From Octopus sinensis (Eukaryota): a DNA stretch of 64,000 nt. The notes below the pieces were generated by a model. The model did not search any database. It had not been told where the DNA came from and saw only the letters and a program-made list of their open reading frames with translations. This document shows, in pieces, positions 36,850 through 50,229 of this stretch. Position 1 is the stretch's first letter. Each line of letters begins with the position of its first letter. Location of the stretch: the NCBI RefSeq assembly GCF_006345805.1, contig NC_043004.1, forward strand, positions 19,406,001 to 19,470,000, read 5' to 3'. The translations under genes were made by a program, and so were the position numbers.

Positions 36850-37106
36850 ATAAAATAAGGTTAGACCAAGTTAAGATATCTTGAATGCATTTAAAACGCA
36901 TAATTCAGATAATTGTGCAATAGATAAAAAAGGAATTTAATCTGTTACGCAAAATCTTCCTTGGTTAAGACATCAAAATATTTTGTTTTAACTAAGGGAG
37001 ATTTTGCGTAAAAGGTTAAATTCTCTTTTATCTATTGGGCAATTATCCGGATCGTTCGTATTAAATGCATTCAATGTATCATTACTTGGTTTCACTTCAT
37101 TTTATA
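36850..37106. repeat. ~255-bp imperfect palindrome (fold-back/MITE-like)
   Basis: TTGAATGCATTTA / TAAATGCATTCAA, CAATAGATAAAA / TTTTATCTATTG and TTACGCAAAATCT / AGATTTTGCGTAA are symmetric about ~36978. Confidence 0.85.
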
Positions 37107-37341
37107 CTTTATACGATTCCATGTTCTCTCCAAGCTAACGTGTCATAAAGCCATCCATAAGGATACTATAGCAAAGATTAGGAGAGGTTTCTTCTACTCA
37201 GCTCGAGTCGGAATTTCTGCTAATTTCTGCTACGCATTGTATAAATTACATAGATGAAAATACACATACACACACATAGACATACACACACAGATATGCA
37301 CGCATGCACACACAGACACACACACACACATATAGATACAT

Positions 37342-37498
37342 GCGTAGCTGTGTGGTAAGAGACTTCTTTCTCAACCACATTGTTCTGGATCCAGTCTTAC
37401 TGCGTGATACCTTGGGTAGGTGTCTTCTACTATAGCCTCGACCCGACCAAAAAGCCTTGTAAATGGATTTGGCTGGTGGAAACTGAAAGAAGCCCGTC

Positions 37499-37568
<70 letters not shown>

Positions 37569-37785
37569 GTGTGTGTTTGTATTTGTATTTTTCCCTCACC
37601 ACCGCTTGATGACTGATGTTGCTGTATTTACGTCCCCGTAACTTAGCGATTCACGAATAACGATCGACAGAGTAAGTACCAGCCTTAAAAACAGTACTGA
37701 GGTCGATTCATTCGACTAAAAATTCTTCAAGGCGGTGCTCCAGCATGGCCGCAGCTGACTGGCTAAAACAAATAAAAGATAAAAC
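37342..37785 (+). mobile_element. SINE family B, full length, central (TA)n
   Basis: Head, CORE-like block, microsatellite and GGCGGTGCTCCAGCATGGCCGCAG tail. Confidence 0.85.
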
Positions 37786-38079
37786 GTAAAAAACATACAT
37801 ACATACATACATACATACATCCGACTATACATAAAAAGTTTCTACTGTGCTGAATAAATATCTTTCTTGTACATGTAGAAAAATGCTTTCAAATGAAACT
37901 GCTGAGTATACCCACCTTCACACCGTGTCCGCAGTTCTTGAAAATTTAGTCCCAACTACCATTACTCTGTTGCGATAAGTTCCTTTGGTAGCTAAACTAA
38001 AACTGGATTGTGTAATTTATGTAGTTAAAATATATATGGCAGATTAGTTATGTTTAGAGTACTTATATGCAACACAACA

Positions 38080-38800
38080 GCAACGGTGATCTCTGTCTTC
38101 GCGCTTCAACCAAGACTGATAGCGGAATAAAGAGACAGTTTCCATGAAGTTTCCTAGCAAATTACTTCATTACAGACGAAAATCTCATCGTTATTAATCG
38201 CTGGTAGCTGAAATACACATGTTAAACAAAACCGGGATGGTTACTACGGTACATATAACTATGGCCAAGATACAAGAGATGATGTGGTGCCAGGGCTCTT
38301 CAATTCCTGTGATGCAAATGACTTAACCATTTGCTTTTAGAATGCCAGCCAGCAACACAAATTTTAGGAAGCCGAGCAGCCATCATATCACCACTCGGGA
38401 GAACATGCCAGACAAGAAGGCTTCATACTTACCACAAAATGGGATAAAGAACTAAGTGTGAATTTTAACTCTGTCTCAATGAAGAATGTGCACTCAACAT
38501 AGACATGATGGAGGCTATACGGAACTGAAATGAAAATGCGAGGTGGAGAAGGGAATGCGTAACTTCCAAGAATTAATAGGCAACGCTAATGAACAGAGGG
38601 AAGAGGAGACAGAATTAGGACACAGAGGACAACCAGGTATTTGTACATGACAATCTACTGCAAACACCAGTCCATGGCTGCAGATAGAACAATGTTCCAA
38701 ACAGAAAGGACATCTTGGTGGAATTCTACAGGAGTTATAGCCATAAAAGCTAAGAGCTAAAGCCTCGAAAGACAAATAGAATGTGAGAATGGTGAGGAGC
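38080..38800 (+). pseudogene. Possible ancient non-LTR RT relic (R4/Dong-like)
   Basis: Only weak, frame-broken motifs in plausible order: MLNKTGM(G)Y, NHLL, GEHARQEGFIL, GGILQEL. Confidence 0.3.
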
Positions 38801-39282
38801 AGGAATACTATCATACAACAGAAGGCCGGACGGTTTAACAATTTTCCCGTTCCGTGGCGGAGATTGCCGTCCGCAAGTGCGAGCACCGCAAGTCAGAGCG
38901 GCTGTTCCAGCGCATATCCCTCGCCATCCCCCGGTTCCATTGTGTCTGCTAGTGCCATGAGAAATGTTTCTGCATTGTGAGGCAAGATTCTCCGGAATGA
39001 CAAGCAAAATTTAGATTGAAATAAAGAATTATAGAATATGCTGTCCTACTTATTCAAACATCACTGTCATCATTTCTGTTTCTATTTCATCTGTATCGAC
39101 GACTTTAAAATACAAACAAAAATATGTACACAGAAGTACTGGATGTTGCACCTTACGGCGATTATGAAGGACTGCGATGTGTAACGCAGTACCTGGATAA
39201 ACCACTTCCAAACCGTTACTAGAATCTGGAAACGGACGAAAAGTTATCATCATCATCATCATCATTATGATCATTATTTAGA

Positions 39283-39712
39283 CGGCGAGCTGGTAGATTC
39301 GCTACCGCTCCAGACAAAATGCTTAGCGGCATTTCGTTACGTTCTGAGTTCAAATTCCGCCGAGGTTGACCTTGCCTTTCGTTCTGTCGAGGTCGATAAA
39401 ATAAGTACCAGTTGAACATTGTGGTCGATGTAATCGACTTACCCTTTCCACCGAAGTTGCTGGCCTTATACTAAAATTTGAAACCATTGTTATTATTACC
39501 ATTGGCGAGCTGGCAGAACCATTCGCACACCGGACAAAATGCTTAGCGGCATTTCGTCCTTCTTCGTGTTCTGATTTCAAATTCCGTCAAGGTCCATTTT
39601 GCCTTTCATCCTTTCGGAGACGATAAAACAAGTACCAGTTGAACACTAGGGTCAGCGTAATCGAGTTACCGCTCCCTCGAAATTACTGGCCTTGTGCAGA
39701 AATTTGAAATCA
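39283..39712 (+). mobile_element. Two adjacent diverged family A SINEs
   Basis: GGCGAGCTGG heads at 39284 and 39503, each with a B-box. Confidence 0.8.
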
Positions 39713-39832
39713 TCATCATCATTATTATTGTTGTTGTTGCAGTTGTTATCATCACCATCAAATAATAATAATTAAAATAAAATAAAAAATAATAATAAAA
39801 GTAATAATAATAATAATAATAATGATCATAGC

Positions 39833-40159
39833 CATGTGTTGAGAGGGATTATTTGGGGTTTGAATAATTCACCTCTGGAAACATGGGTGGTTCTTTCAAC
39901 ATCCTTAAACAATCCTTAGGATCTTATTCAGGGACCTATTGAGCGGGAGGGGCTACTCGACCTGAAGAAAATTCTAACTGGGCCCTACCTGCAAGGTCAT
40001 GTGCTGTTTATCTTGATATGAGATCACCATGTCGCGCACATATGGTTGTGATGCATGTGCCTGGTGTACCCTTATCAGACGGGTAGTCATGATGGGTATA
40101 TTGGGCTTCGTATATTTTACCCCAGTGTCACTTTGATGGCATGCACTGCTCTCTCACTC

Positions 40160-40197
<38 letters not shown>
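39833..40197 (+). mobile_element. Probable 3' end of an unclassified LINE with (AAT)n tail
   Basis: A higher-complexity 330-bp block ends abruptly in a long (AAT)n run; no motif was assigned. Confidence 0.45.
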
Positions 40198-40198
<1 letters not shown>

Positions 40199-40412
40199 CC
40201 TTTCTACTGTAGGCACAACGCCTGAAATTTTAGGGGAGGGAACCTAGTCGATTACATCGACCCCATGGTTTCGCTGGTACTTATTTCATCTACCCCGAAA
40301 GGATGAAAGGCAAGCTCGACCTAGGCGGAATTTGAACTCAGAACGTAGCGCCGCGTGAAATATCGCCAAGCATTTCGTCCAGCGTGCTGACGATTTTACA
40401 AGCTCGCCACCT
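40198..40412 (-). mobile_element. SINE family A monomer
   Basis: Reverse complement of the family A consensus. Confidence 0.8.
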
Positions 40413-41253
40413 TAATAATAATAATAATTTGCTGATGATGAAGATAGTGATGTTGATGCGGGTGGACAATGATAATAATGTTGCTGTTTGTTGTTTAGTC
40501 TACCTAGATAAGAACCCGATGAAGCTGACCTAAAATTATTCTGTCCATAACCATTCACGTTCTTTTTTTTTACTTTGTATGTCCAGGTCTATTTTTTATG
40601 CTTTATTTAAGCGGGTAGGGTGTAACTAGAAATAAATTTGCTGCTATTTTCAGCAGACCAAGAAATCGCAATATAGGTCCCTTCGCAGGCACGTGGAAAG
40701 GTAGTAAAGTTAACAATGATGATATCGTTGATATTGAGAGAGTGATATAAGATGATTTATTTCAGAGATATTGTTTTTTTATATAAATTTTAAGATGATA
40801 ATAATGATGATGATGATGATGATGAGGAGGAGGAGGAGGAGGAGGGGGGAGGAGGAGGAGGGGGAGGAGGAAGCGGGAGAGGAGCAGGCGGAGGAGGAGG
40901 AAGAGAAAGCAGCGGATGATATCATGGCTGCAGCGATAAAGATGTTCATATTACACATGGTTAATGATAGTAATGGTTTGTGTGGTTCGTTGTGGCGGTA
41001 GCGGCGGTGAAGATTGTGATGGTGATGATGATGATGATGATTCATGAAGCAGTTGAATAAATCTAGTCAACACAAGTGTAGCTTACCAATCACCTGGGGG
41101 GTAACACACTGCAGATTACAACACGGTGGATAACAACATCGTATTCCACCAGACTGGTCCGGGATCATGTTGCAGTCTTGTCATACTTGTCATGCTGCGG
41201 TTAGTTTGTTAGTAATGTTAGGCTAACGCAGGGAAGAAGGTTCCGTCCAGATC

Positions 41254-41254
<1 letters not shown>

Positions 41255-41305
<51 letters not shown>

Positions 41306-41621
41306 TGATGATGAACAAAATGACGACAATGGTAATGATGGTTGTTGAATCGCAGGCTGGAAAGATAATGATGCTAACAACAACAACGTCGATCTTGCTC
41401 ATAATGATAGTAACATCATCATCATCATCATCACCATCACCATCACCATGATGATGATGATGATGATGATGATGAGGATGATGATGATGGTGATGGTGAT
41501 GATGATGATGATGATGATGATCATGATGGTGGTGATGATGATGATGATGATGGTGATGGTGATGATGATGATGATGATGATGTGATGGTGATGATGATGA
41601 TGATGATGGTGATGGTGATGG

Positions 41622-41665
<44 letters not shown>

Positions 41666-41715
41666 GTGATGGTGATGATGATGGTGATGGTGATGATGAT
41701 GATGATGATGATGAG
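41255..41715 (+). repeat. Compound (GAC)n/(CAT)n/(GAT,GGT)n trinucleotide region
   Basis: Direct reading. Confidence 0.9.
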
Positions 41716-41808
41716 GTGTCTTTTATTTAAAAAAAAGAAAGAATTATGAGTGAATACTCTTACGTTAACTTTGTTAAAAATCATAGTTTTAATATATTGC
41801 AGAATATA

Positions 41809-43001
41809 AGGCCTGACAGAATCGTTAGCACGCCGGGCGAAATGCTTTGCGGTATCTCGTCTGCTGTTACGTTCTGAGTTCAAATTCCGCCGAGGTCGAC
41901 TTTGCCTTTCATCCTTTCGGGGTCGATTAAATAAGTACCAGTTACGCACTGAGGACGATGTAATCGACTTAATCCCTTTGTCTGTTCTTGTTTTTCCCTT
42001 CTATGTTTAGCCCCTTGTGGGCAATAAAGAAATAGGAATCGTTAGCACGCCGGGCGAAATGCTTTGCGGTATCTCGTCTGCTGTTACGTTCTGAGTTCAA
42101 ATTCCGCCGAGGTCGACTTTGCCTTTCATCCTTTCGGGGTCGATTAAATAAGTACCAGTTACGCACTGAGGACGATGTAATCGACTTAATCCCTTTGTCT
42201 GTTCTTGTTTTTCCCTTCTATGTTTAGCCCCTTGTGGGCAATAAAGAAATAGGAATCGTTAGCACGCCGGGCGAGATGCTTAGCGGTATTTCGTCTGCCG
42301 CTACGTTCTGAGTTCAAATTCCTCCAAGGTCGACTTTGCCTTTCATCCTTTCGGGGTCGATTAAATAAGTACCAGTTACACACTGAGGTCGATATAATCG
42401 ACTTAATCCGTTTGTCCTCTCTGTGTTTAGCCCCTTGTGGATAGTAAAGAAATAGGTATTTCGTCTGTCTTTACGTTCAAATTCCGCCGAGCTTGACTTT
42501 GCCTTTCATCCTTTCGGGATCGATAAATTAAATACCAGTTGTGCACTGGGACGATCTAATCGACTTAACCTCTTTGTCTGACCTTGTTTGTACCCTCTAT
42601 GTCTAGGCCCTTGTGGGCAATAAAAAAATAAGAATCTTTAGCACGCCGGGCGAAATGCGTAGCCGTATTTCGTCTGCCGCTACGTTCTAAGTTCAAATTC
42701 CGCCGAGGTCGACTTTGCCTTTCATCCTTCGGGGTTGATAAATTAAGTACCAGCTACGCACTGAGGTCGATATAATCGACTTAAACCCTTTGTCTGACCT
42801 TCTTTGTCCTTTTTGTGTTTAGACCCTTGTTGTAGTAAAGAAATAGGTATTTCGTCTGTCTTTACATTCAAATTCCGCCGAGGTCGACTTTGCCTTTCAT
42901 CCTTTCGGGTCGTTAAATTAAGTACCAGTTGCGTACTAGGTCGATCTAAACGACAGGTCCCTCTCCCCCAAAATTTCGGACCTTGCGCCTCGGGTAGAAA
43001 A
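41809..43001 (+). mobile_element. Six-unit head-to-tail concatemer of SINE family A flanked by a 19-bp direct repeat
   Basis: Units start at ~41819, 42036, 42253, 42455, 42632 and 42845. TAATATATTGCAGAATATA occurs at 41790-41808 and 43002-43020. Confidence 0.9.
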
Positions 43002-43999
43002 TAATATATTGCAGAATATATTACACTTGGTATAAAATGATGTGAGTAACGATTATAATCAACTGAATCAAAATTCTCTACTTTGCTGGTATTAATTATC
43101 TGAATAGTGCAGCTGCGATAAGGAAAGGCTAAACTTTCAGACTGTCGACACAAAATAGTAAATCATTCAGTTAAATCTTCTGTTGTTATAATTATCTCTA
43201 ACACCGTTATTTATATTTATTTTTCTAGACTCATATCGAAATTAAACCACATATTTCCTGCTGCTTGGAACATCAACTAACCATTAGTCATCTTCACTTC
43301 TCTATTTTGATTGACTAACTATTATATAATAACGCGACATGTGGTGAATGAGATATAATAACAGATTGGTTCCGAGCCACTTGACACTGTGATTTGCTTT
43401 TAATTCCAAGTTATATCTAATTCGTTTTTACATGTGGAAACACATGATCCTTACAAGAGTCCATCCACTCTTTTCACCTTTGAATTATAATAGCTCTCTG
43501 CCTGCTCGTGGAAAATAAACCAGGCTACTTGTTTATTCTATTAGTCTCTTTTGCCGAAGCGCTAATTTACGAGGACGTAAACACACCAACATCGGTTGTC
43601 AAGCGATGATGGTGGTGGTGGGGGGGGGGTAAACACACAAATACGTGTGTGTATATATATATGTGTGTGTGGTGTGTGTATGTGTGTGTGTGTATGTGTG
43701 TGTGTATGTGTGTGTATGTGTGTGTGTATGTGTGTGTGTATGGTGTGTGTGTGTGTGTATGTGTGTGTGTGTGTGTGTGTGGTGTGTGTGTGTGTGTATG
43801 TGTGTTGGAAGGTTTGGAGATTATGTACAGGTATTATATATTAGAAGAAATGAGGTACTCAGAAATCCAGATGGTTTTATATTTACAGATATTTATTGGT
43901 ATGTTACATGTTTTTATAAATCATATATCATATATAAGCGCTTTCGCCCACTCTAGTGGAGTTTTCAAATTGAACTTTTGCAGGAACTTTGTCTCTTTT

Positions 44000-44851
44000 T
44001 ATAGTATTATTGAGTGTGTAGGGGTGGGGAGAGATATAAGATAGTACAAGAGGGTGGGGAATAGGGAGAAAGTGAGAGAGAGAGCGTGTGTGTGTGTGTG
44101 AATGTGTGTGTGTGTGTTTGTATCTGAAAGTAATGTTAAAGAAAAAGAGAAGGAAAGGAAGAAGAAGGAGAGAAAGAAGAAAAAATTTGTTGATATCTTT
44201 GTAGCTGGCCAGTCTTTCAATAGTAAATGATTCTTGGCTTTTAGAAATGGCAAACCCAGCTGGTCACTCCAAGGGGGGCAAAATGTCACTTTTCAAGAAA
44301 TTGTCATAATTTCTTTTTGTCATTGTCTTGTGTGTGTGAGTGAGAGAGAGAGAGTGTGTGTATGTGCGCACTTGTGTGTGGGTGTCTGAAAGGAGTGTCA
44401 AATGGAAAAGGAAATAAAAGGAAGGAGGAGGAGAAAAAAGAAGAAAAATGTGTTTACATGTTTGCAACTGGTCAGTCTTTCAATAATAAATGATTTTTGG
44501 CTTTTAGAAATGGCAAACCCAACTGGCCACTTCAAGGGGGTGGGGGGCAAAATGTCACTTCTCAAAAAATTGTCTGGATTTCTTTTTATCATTGTTTTGT
44601 GAGTGTGTGTGTGCACGCGAGCACGTGTGTGTGTGTGGGTGCCTGTGTATCTGAAAAGGGTGTCGATGGAGAGGGGAAGAAAGAAGAAAGAGAGGATGAA
44701 GAAATAATTATATTGAGAAGTTATACCACAAACACACGCACAATTTATACCACACACACACACACTCTCTCTCTCTCACATTCTCCCCATTCCTCACCCT
44801 ATTGTATTATCTTATATCTCTCCCCACCCCTACACACTCCATAATACTATA
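44000..44851. mobile_element. ~850-bp MITE-like element with ~95-bp TIRs and internal ~260-bp direct subrepeats
   Basis: TATAGTATTATTGAGTGTGTAGGGGTGGGGAGAGATATAAGATA ... TATCTTATATCTCTCCCCACCCCTACACACTCCATAATACTATA. Internal blocks at ~44195-44340 and ~44455-44600 are similar to each other. Confidence 0.8.
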
Positions 44852-44944
44852 ACTACTTTGACAATCCGTCGACAGCTAAAACTAGTCTTATCTTTAGTTC
44901 TTATCACAATCCTATCTAAGTAAAACTTGAGTTTTCCGTCGCCA

Positions 44945-46370
44945 CTAATTCAGGTCCACTCTAGGACGTCCAGATAGTTAAGCTTGTGACGATCTGCCAG
45001 CTGAAAGCGCTTAAGCAGATCCGCGAGACATGAGTTCACTTTCCTTCCGGTCGAGCCAAAAATAGCGTTAAAGTCACCTAACAGTACTGATGTCTTCGAC
45101 GTCGCGTAGACGTTCTCCAGGCGCTGATAAAAATCAGTTTGGAATCCTCTAGCACAAGGTGCATAGAGTTCGATCAACCTGAAGGCCTTACTGCTGTATG
45201 TCACATCAAGGACGACCAGCCCACCTTCTGGGTCCACATAGACTATGCTTGTCTGCAGAGCCGAGCCTTTACGGATCAGTACCACTACACCTCCTCGTCC
45301 TCCGATCCGCCAGGGGACATGATTTTCTCATAGTCATTCAGGAGGGGCGAGAAGGATGCAGACTGTTCAGCTTGGTCTCTGTAGCAATCATCACATGTAT
45401 ATCGTGTGATCTGACGTTGTCGAGGACACAAGTTTGCTTCCACTTCGAACTCAGACCACGCACATTCAGACAACCAAGTTTAAGTGCAGTCACAAATCAA
45501 AAAGTAGAGGTTCTACTTACCCTTCAGGGGCGACGTTGGGGTTGACCTCACCACACGTGAGGCTGCTCCTTCCTTCTCCTCTTTCTCCAAATACTTCAGA
45601 AGGTTCCCCATTCTAACGATGGCCTCGGGTGTCTTTCCTACAACTGCTTGTAGGTTTATTTAAAAGAATGAAAGAGGAGGGCAGTGACGTTAAAATATCA
45701 CCCTCCTCCAGTGTGGTCGACACAGAAAAACAGACCATAGTGTTTAAATCCTTCTGTCCACAAAACAGAAGGTTAAAACACTTCGAGAACGAGAAAACTG
45801 AAAAATGCCTGTCCCTGATATGGAAAGACGTAGCCTATATTGCAAGGGGTGGGCATACGGTACAGTTGAGGTCCGTTTTTCTAGTGAAGAGGTGGCCCAC
45901 GGGATTCCGCGTGTCCCTTGAAGACAAAGGAGGTGGTACTTTTCCTTTGGAAGTCTTTCTTCCAAGGCATGTGGGCAGAAGCATTACTACCTCTGTTTTC
46001 ACTGCCACACTCGCCAACTTCCTCTACTGTCCTAAATTGGATGACCATTGTCCCATATTTTCTTCCTTCGGTTATGTACGTTATCTCCTTTGAACGTTCC
46101 CTCAGCGCCTTTTCCACTTCTGCCTCTACCTGCCCTGCTTTTTTTTTCTTTCAGTGAGTACACCTTATAGGTGATCGTTTCCTTCTCCATCCTTTCCATA
46201 ATTCCTTTGGGGAGCGACAACTTCACATCGCCACCCACCTTCTGAGCCATCTTCTCGTATTCCTTCAGACCACCCAAGTCCAGCTCCCTTCGCTTCACCT
46301 CCGTGGCTTCAGCAAACTCCTTGTCTTCAACACTCCGTCCGTCTTTATAACCGCCCTTACCAGCTCCGAC
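44945..46370 (-). pseudogene. Decayed second Tx1-like subfamily: ORF1 plus start of the ORF2 endonuclease
   Basis: KETITYKVYSLK...EKALR...GRKYGTMVIQFRT parallels ORF1 at 18.8 kb. VDPEGGLVVLDV, LYAP, LGDFNA and DLLKRFQLADRHKL parallel ORF2 at 17 kb. Confidence 0.8.
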
Positions 46371-46515
46371 GACGACGATAACCCAGACCCGTTAAGGTGT
46401 GAGCACATCTTCCAAGCAACACAAAAAACTACGGCCGACTCTTACAAAATCCAGACAGCAAACAACTCGGTGCATGCGCGGAAACAAGCTTCTTACCACA
46501 CAGCCGCTCCTGCGC

Positions 46516-46643
<128 letters not shown>

Positions 46644-47169
46644 GTGTGTAAGCAGACATATAGCTATCGATGTGTTCGAATAAAAATACCGCGGAGTATT
46701 TATGCATTGAGTTATATCAAAGGTAGACTTAGCTTTCCAATAAACAGAAGTTGATAGTTTAGCACTCAACTATTCTGCATCGATATAATCAACTCAAACC
46801 CTTGGAGCGGTGTTACAGCGTAGTCACAGTGCAAAGACCGAAACCAGCCAAAGAATAGTAAAAGAATGATTGTGTACGTGGGCAGTTGACTACTTGCAAT
46901 GATTTAGATGAAGTTCAGACTTTATGTTTTATAATACAATGTTCTCTTTGTTTCTGATTTCGAATGCTGCTTGTTTCAACTTCTCTTTTGCCTCATCCAG
47001 GTTTGATAAATAAGAACCAATACTGCAAGAGTTAATTTAATGAAGTTCGCATGTCATGTCCATTATAAAATATAGCTTTGTTGTTATTGGGATTTACGTT
47101 GAAAATCCTATCCATTCATTTATCATTCGAGTCATCGTAAACATCGAATGAAGATAAGGCACCAAATTA

Positions 47170-47404
47170 TATATATTTCTTTACTACCCACAAGGGGCTA
47201 AACATAGAGGGGACAAACAAGGACAGACAAAGGGATTGAGTCGATTACATCGACCCAGTGCGTAACTGGTACTTTATTTATCGACCCCGAGAGGATGAAA
47301 GGCAAAGTCGACCTCGGCGGAATTTGAACTCAGAACGTAACGACAGACGAAATACGGCTACGCATTTCGCCCGGCGCGCTAACGTTTCTGCCAGCTCGCC
47401 GCCC
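47170..47404 (-). mobile_element. SINE family A unit with the array-type 3' end
   Basis: The reverse complement matches the array unit and ends CCCCTTGTGGGTAGTAAAGAAAT. Confidence 0.85.
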
Positions 47405-48791
47405 TATTATATATATATATATATGCAGGGAGGTAAGAATGCCGGATAGAAAGCCTTGCTGTATTTGTTCCTAGTTTCTATGCACTGAGTTCAAACCAAA
47501 CTGAGGTCAACTTTACTAATCGTTCTTTCAGAATGGAAAAATAAAATACCAATCCATGAAGGTAGGATGGAACGAGATGTCTTGAGTTATCTGTGCGTTT
47601 TGACACTAATGATCTAATGCCAACGATAGGAATGACACTTGTGCCAAGTTCTTTCGGCTTTTACCATCCCTGTGTATAACATCAATGACGTCGAGAGGAA
47701 AAACTTGTTGCCCAGGCAACCGTTGATCTAAAAAAAAAAGTATATAAATAAATAAACTGTTTACCTACGCAAAGTTACTGGCCGATTATCACACAGAGAT
47801 AAAAATAGCGCAGAGAAATAAATGTTATTGTTAAAATCATCCAAACTATAAAATTGTGTGATGTAAAATTCTTCCTACCCAAATAAATCTGATCTACTTA
47901 TAATGAGGTTCTTATGGAATTTTCTAGAAGCATAACATTACATCTGATAAATTATATGGTTATTCTAGTATTATCTGATCTGCTCTGAGTTAGTGCTATC
48001 AGCGTTGACAGTAATATCAGCGTTGAAATTATTTGTTTGGTCTGACACTCACTTTTTATAAACGTTTTAAATAACTCCAGCAATGTAATATGGAAATTAG
48101 AAAAGAAAAGCTAGTGCGTTAGTATATGCAATTGGAGAGATAAAAATAGTAGGAAACCTAAGAGGATTTTGCTTCAACCATCGATGTCTGACATTTAAGT
48201 GTGTGCCTGTGTGGGCATATGCAGGTGTGTGTGTGTATGCGCGCGTGTGTGTGTGTATGCGCGCGTGTGTGTGTGTATGCGCGCGTGTGTGTGTGTATGC
48301 GCGCGTGTGTGCGTGGGCGCGTGTTTCCATGCGTGAGTATGTTTGTGTATGGGGTGTCTGTATGATGTGGTCTATACCGGTACGCAGACACACGCATACT
48401 GCATACTCACACAGACGCAAACAAAAACACGCATACATACATTATATATATATGTGTGTGTGTGTGGTGTGTGTGTGCGTGTGTGTTGCTGTTTTTGTCC
48501 TGTTATTACTATTATTGTTTTTTGTTTTTATATTCGTGTAGCATCGTCCGTTTTTCTGTCCTTGTTTCGTATACATTCGATCCTTTTTCCAAGAAATCTA
48601 ATGCTCGTAGCTTAGTTTTTCCTTGGGGCTGGCCGGATTGGAGCGATCTCAGGATTAATCAGCCGAAATTGCGAGGATGATCCGGTTCCTGACTGAAGAT
48701 TAGAGGCTTCGAATGACCCGTCCGCTTTTTGTGTCGTCTCTTTGTGTGTTTTGCGTTCTTGTCCCATTTTGTATTTTTATATATAATTTTT

Positions 48792-48860
<69 letters not shown>

Positions 48861-50229
48861 TAATTACTGGTGAAGGCCGGTTTATAGTGTAGACGCAGTT
48901 ATATCCTTTGATAGCGGGGTGTTTAAACAAGCTCGAGACACCAAGGTCCAGACACAAGGCCTTGCGACTTTCTCTTTTGCATCTGGACGCCAGAGAGCAA
49001 AGATATAACTTAAACACCTCACACAACAGGCACCAGCTAGAAGACATGAGGTAATAAACAGAATAAGAACATGGCTTCCACACATCAACTATTTCCATTG
49101 CCATTCAGCTTGTATATATATTTGGGGCCGACATTAAACGTATTTAAAGTTACAGCCTTGTTCCATGAATTATTTGTATCGTGTTCCTATCAAATGATAT
49201 TATACCCTTCTGAACAGAGTCATCTTAAATGGCTCCACAACTTGATTTAACCACGATCTAAAATGCTGAGCCAACGTATAGCACACACCACAATTCCTTC
49301 GAAAATAGTGACGAATTTCTGACCAGTGGAAACGTATTCCTTTTTCTCCTTCACGACTTCGTCTACGCGACCAAACTGCCTTCCTTCGTATAGAAAGATA
49401 CATCTATTGCCTCTCTCGTCACCATATTGTCTTCTTCACCAAAACCTTTTGGCGCCATTTACAAGCGGGAAACTGCACATCATTTTTTCCTTGTGTTCTA
49501 ACTGAATTTACAACTTGGTCCTTCCCGAGAGAATTTTCTATTTGCATGTAAAAAAGAAGGAAATTTTATCCGGATTTTATCTGGAATTCACATGGATAAC
49601 AACTTTTCCTATGTGCCAGGTATGAGTTTCTTTCTTCCAACCCTACCCGGATCATCCATGTGTTTGGCCATGTTTTGTTCTTCATCCGTTAGCAAGAACT
49701 TCTATTTCTAACGGCGTTTCTTTCAACCAGCACATCCTTCGTGGCGTTCCGTTCCTATTATCGTCTAAAGATGAGTCCTTTCCTTTGCCTCAATTCGCTT
49801 CGTCGTCTTCCTCGCGAGCTTGTACTTCTTTTGCTCCGGACTACACGCAATCCTCCGAAATCTTGCGGGCCATTGGTGAACTGATCCGTCAAGTCGCACG
49901 CTTGTGCACAGACCGTTCGTTTTCATGAAATCATTCTGCAGAGAGAACCGGACCTCGTTCTTTCTCGCGCGGACGCGCGGCTCTTGCATGAATTTGCTGG
50001 TACCATAGAAAATTAAAGGACCAGGCCGAAAAGTGTACACGGCCCTGCTCTTACTCTTGTCAAGGGAATTAGGCGGGGAGGCGCTGGGCACAACAGTCGT
50101 TTCCCCCATCTATTCACTATACCATACATTTTTTTTTAATCCGCGATAGAATTTCTTCAAAGTCCTTTATGGTAGGCTTAGGTATCAGCGTAAGCATTTG
50201 GCCCCGAAGGTTTACTTCCACAAATCCTG

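Noticed and set aside
41809-43001. CRISPR-like periodicity here and at 25293-25421
   Set aside because: There are no unique spacers and no cas genes, and the context is eukaryotic. These are tandem SINE or LINE-end repeats.
48690-48730. CTGAAGA...GAATGACCCGTC as a hammerhead (also at 31.7 kb)
   Set aside because: It has GAAU instead of GAAA and no workable helix II.
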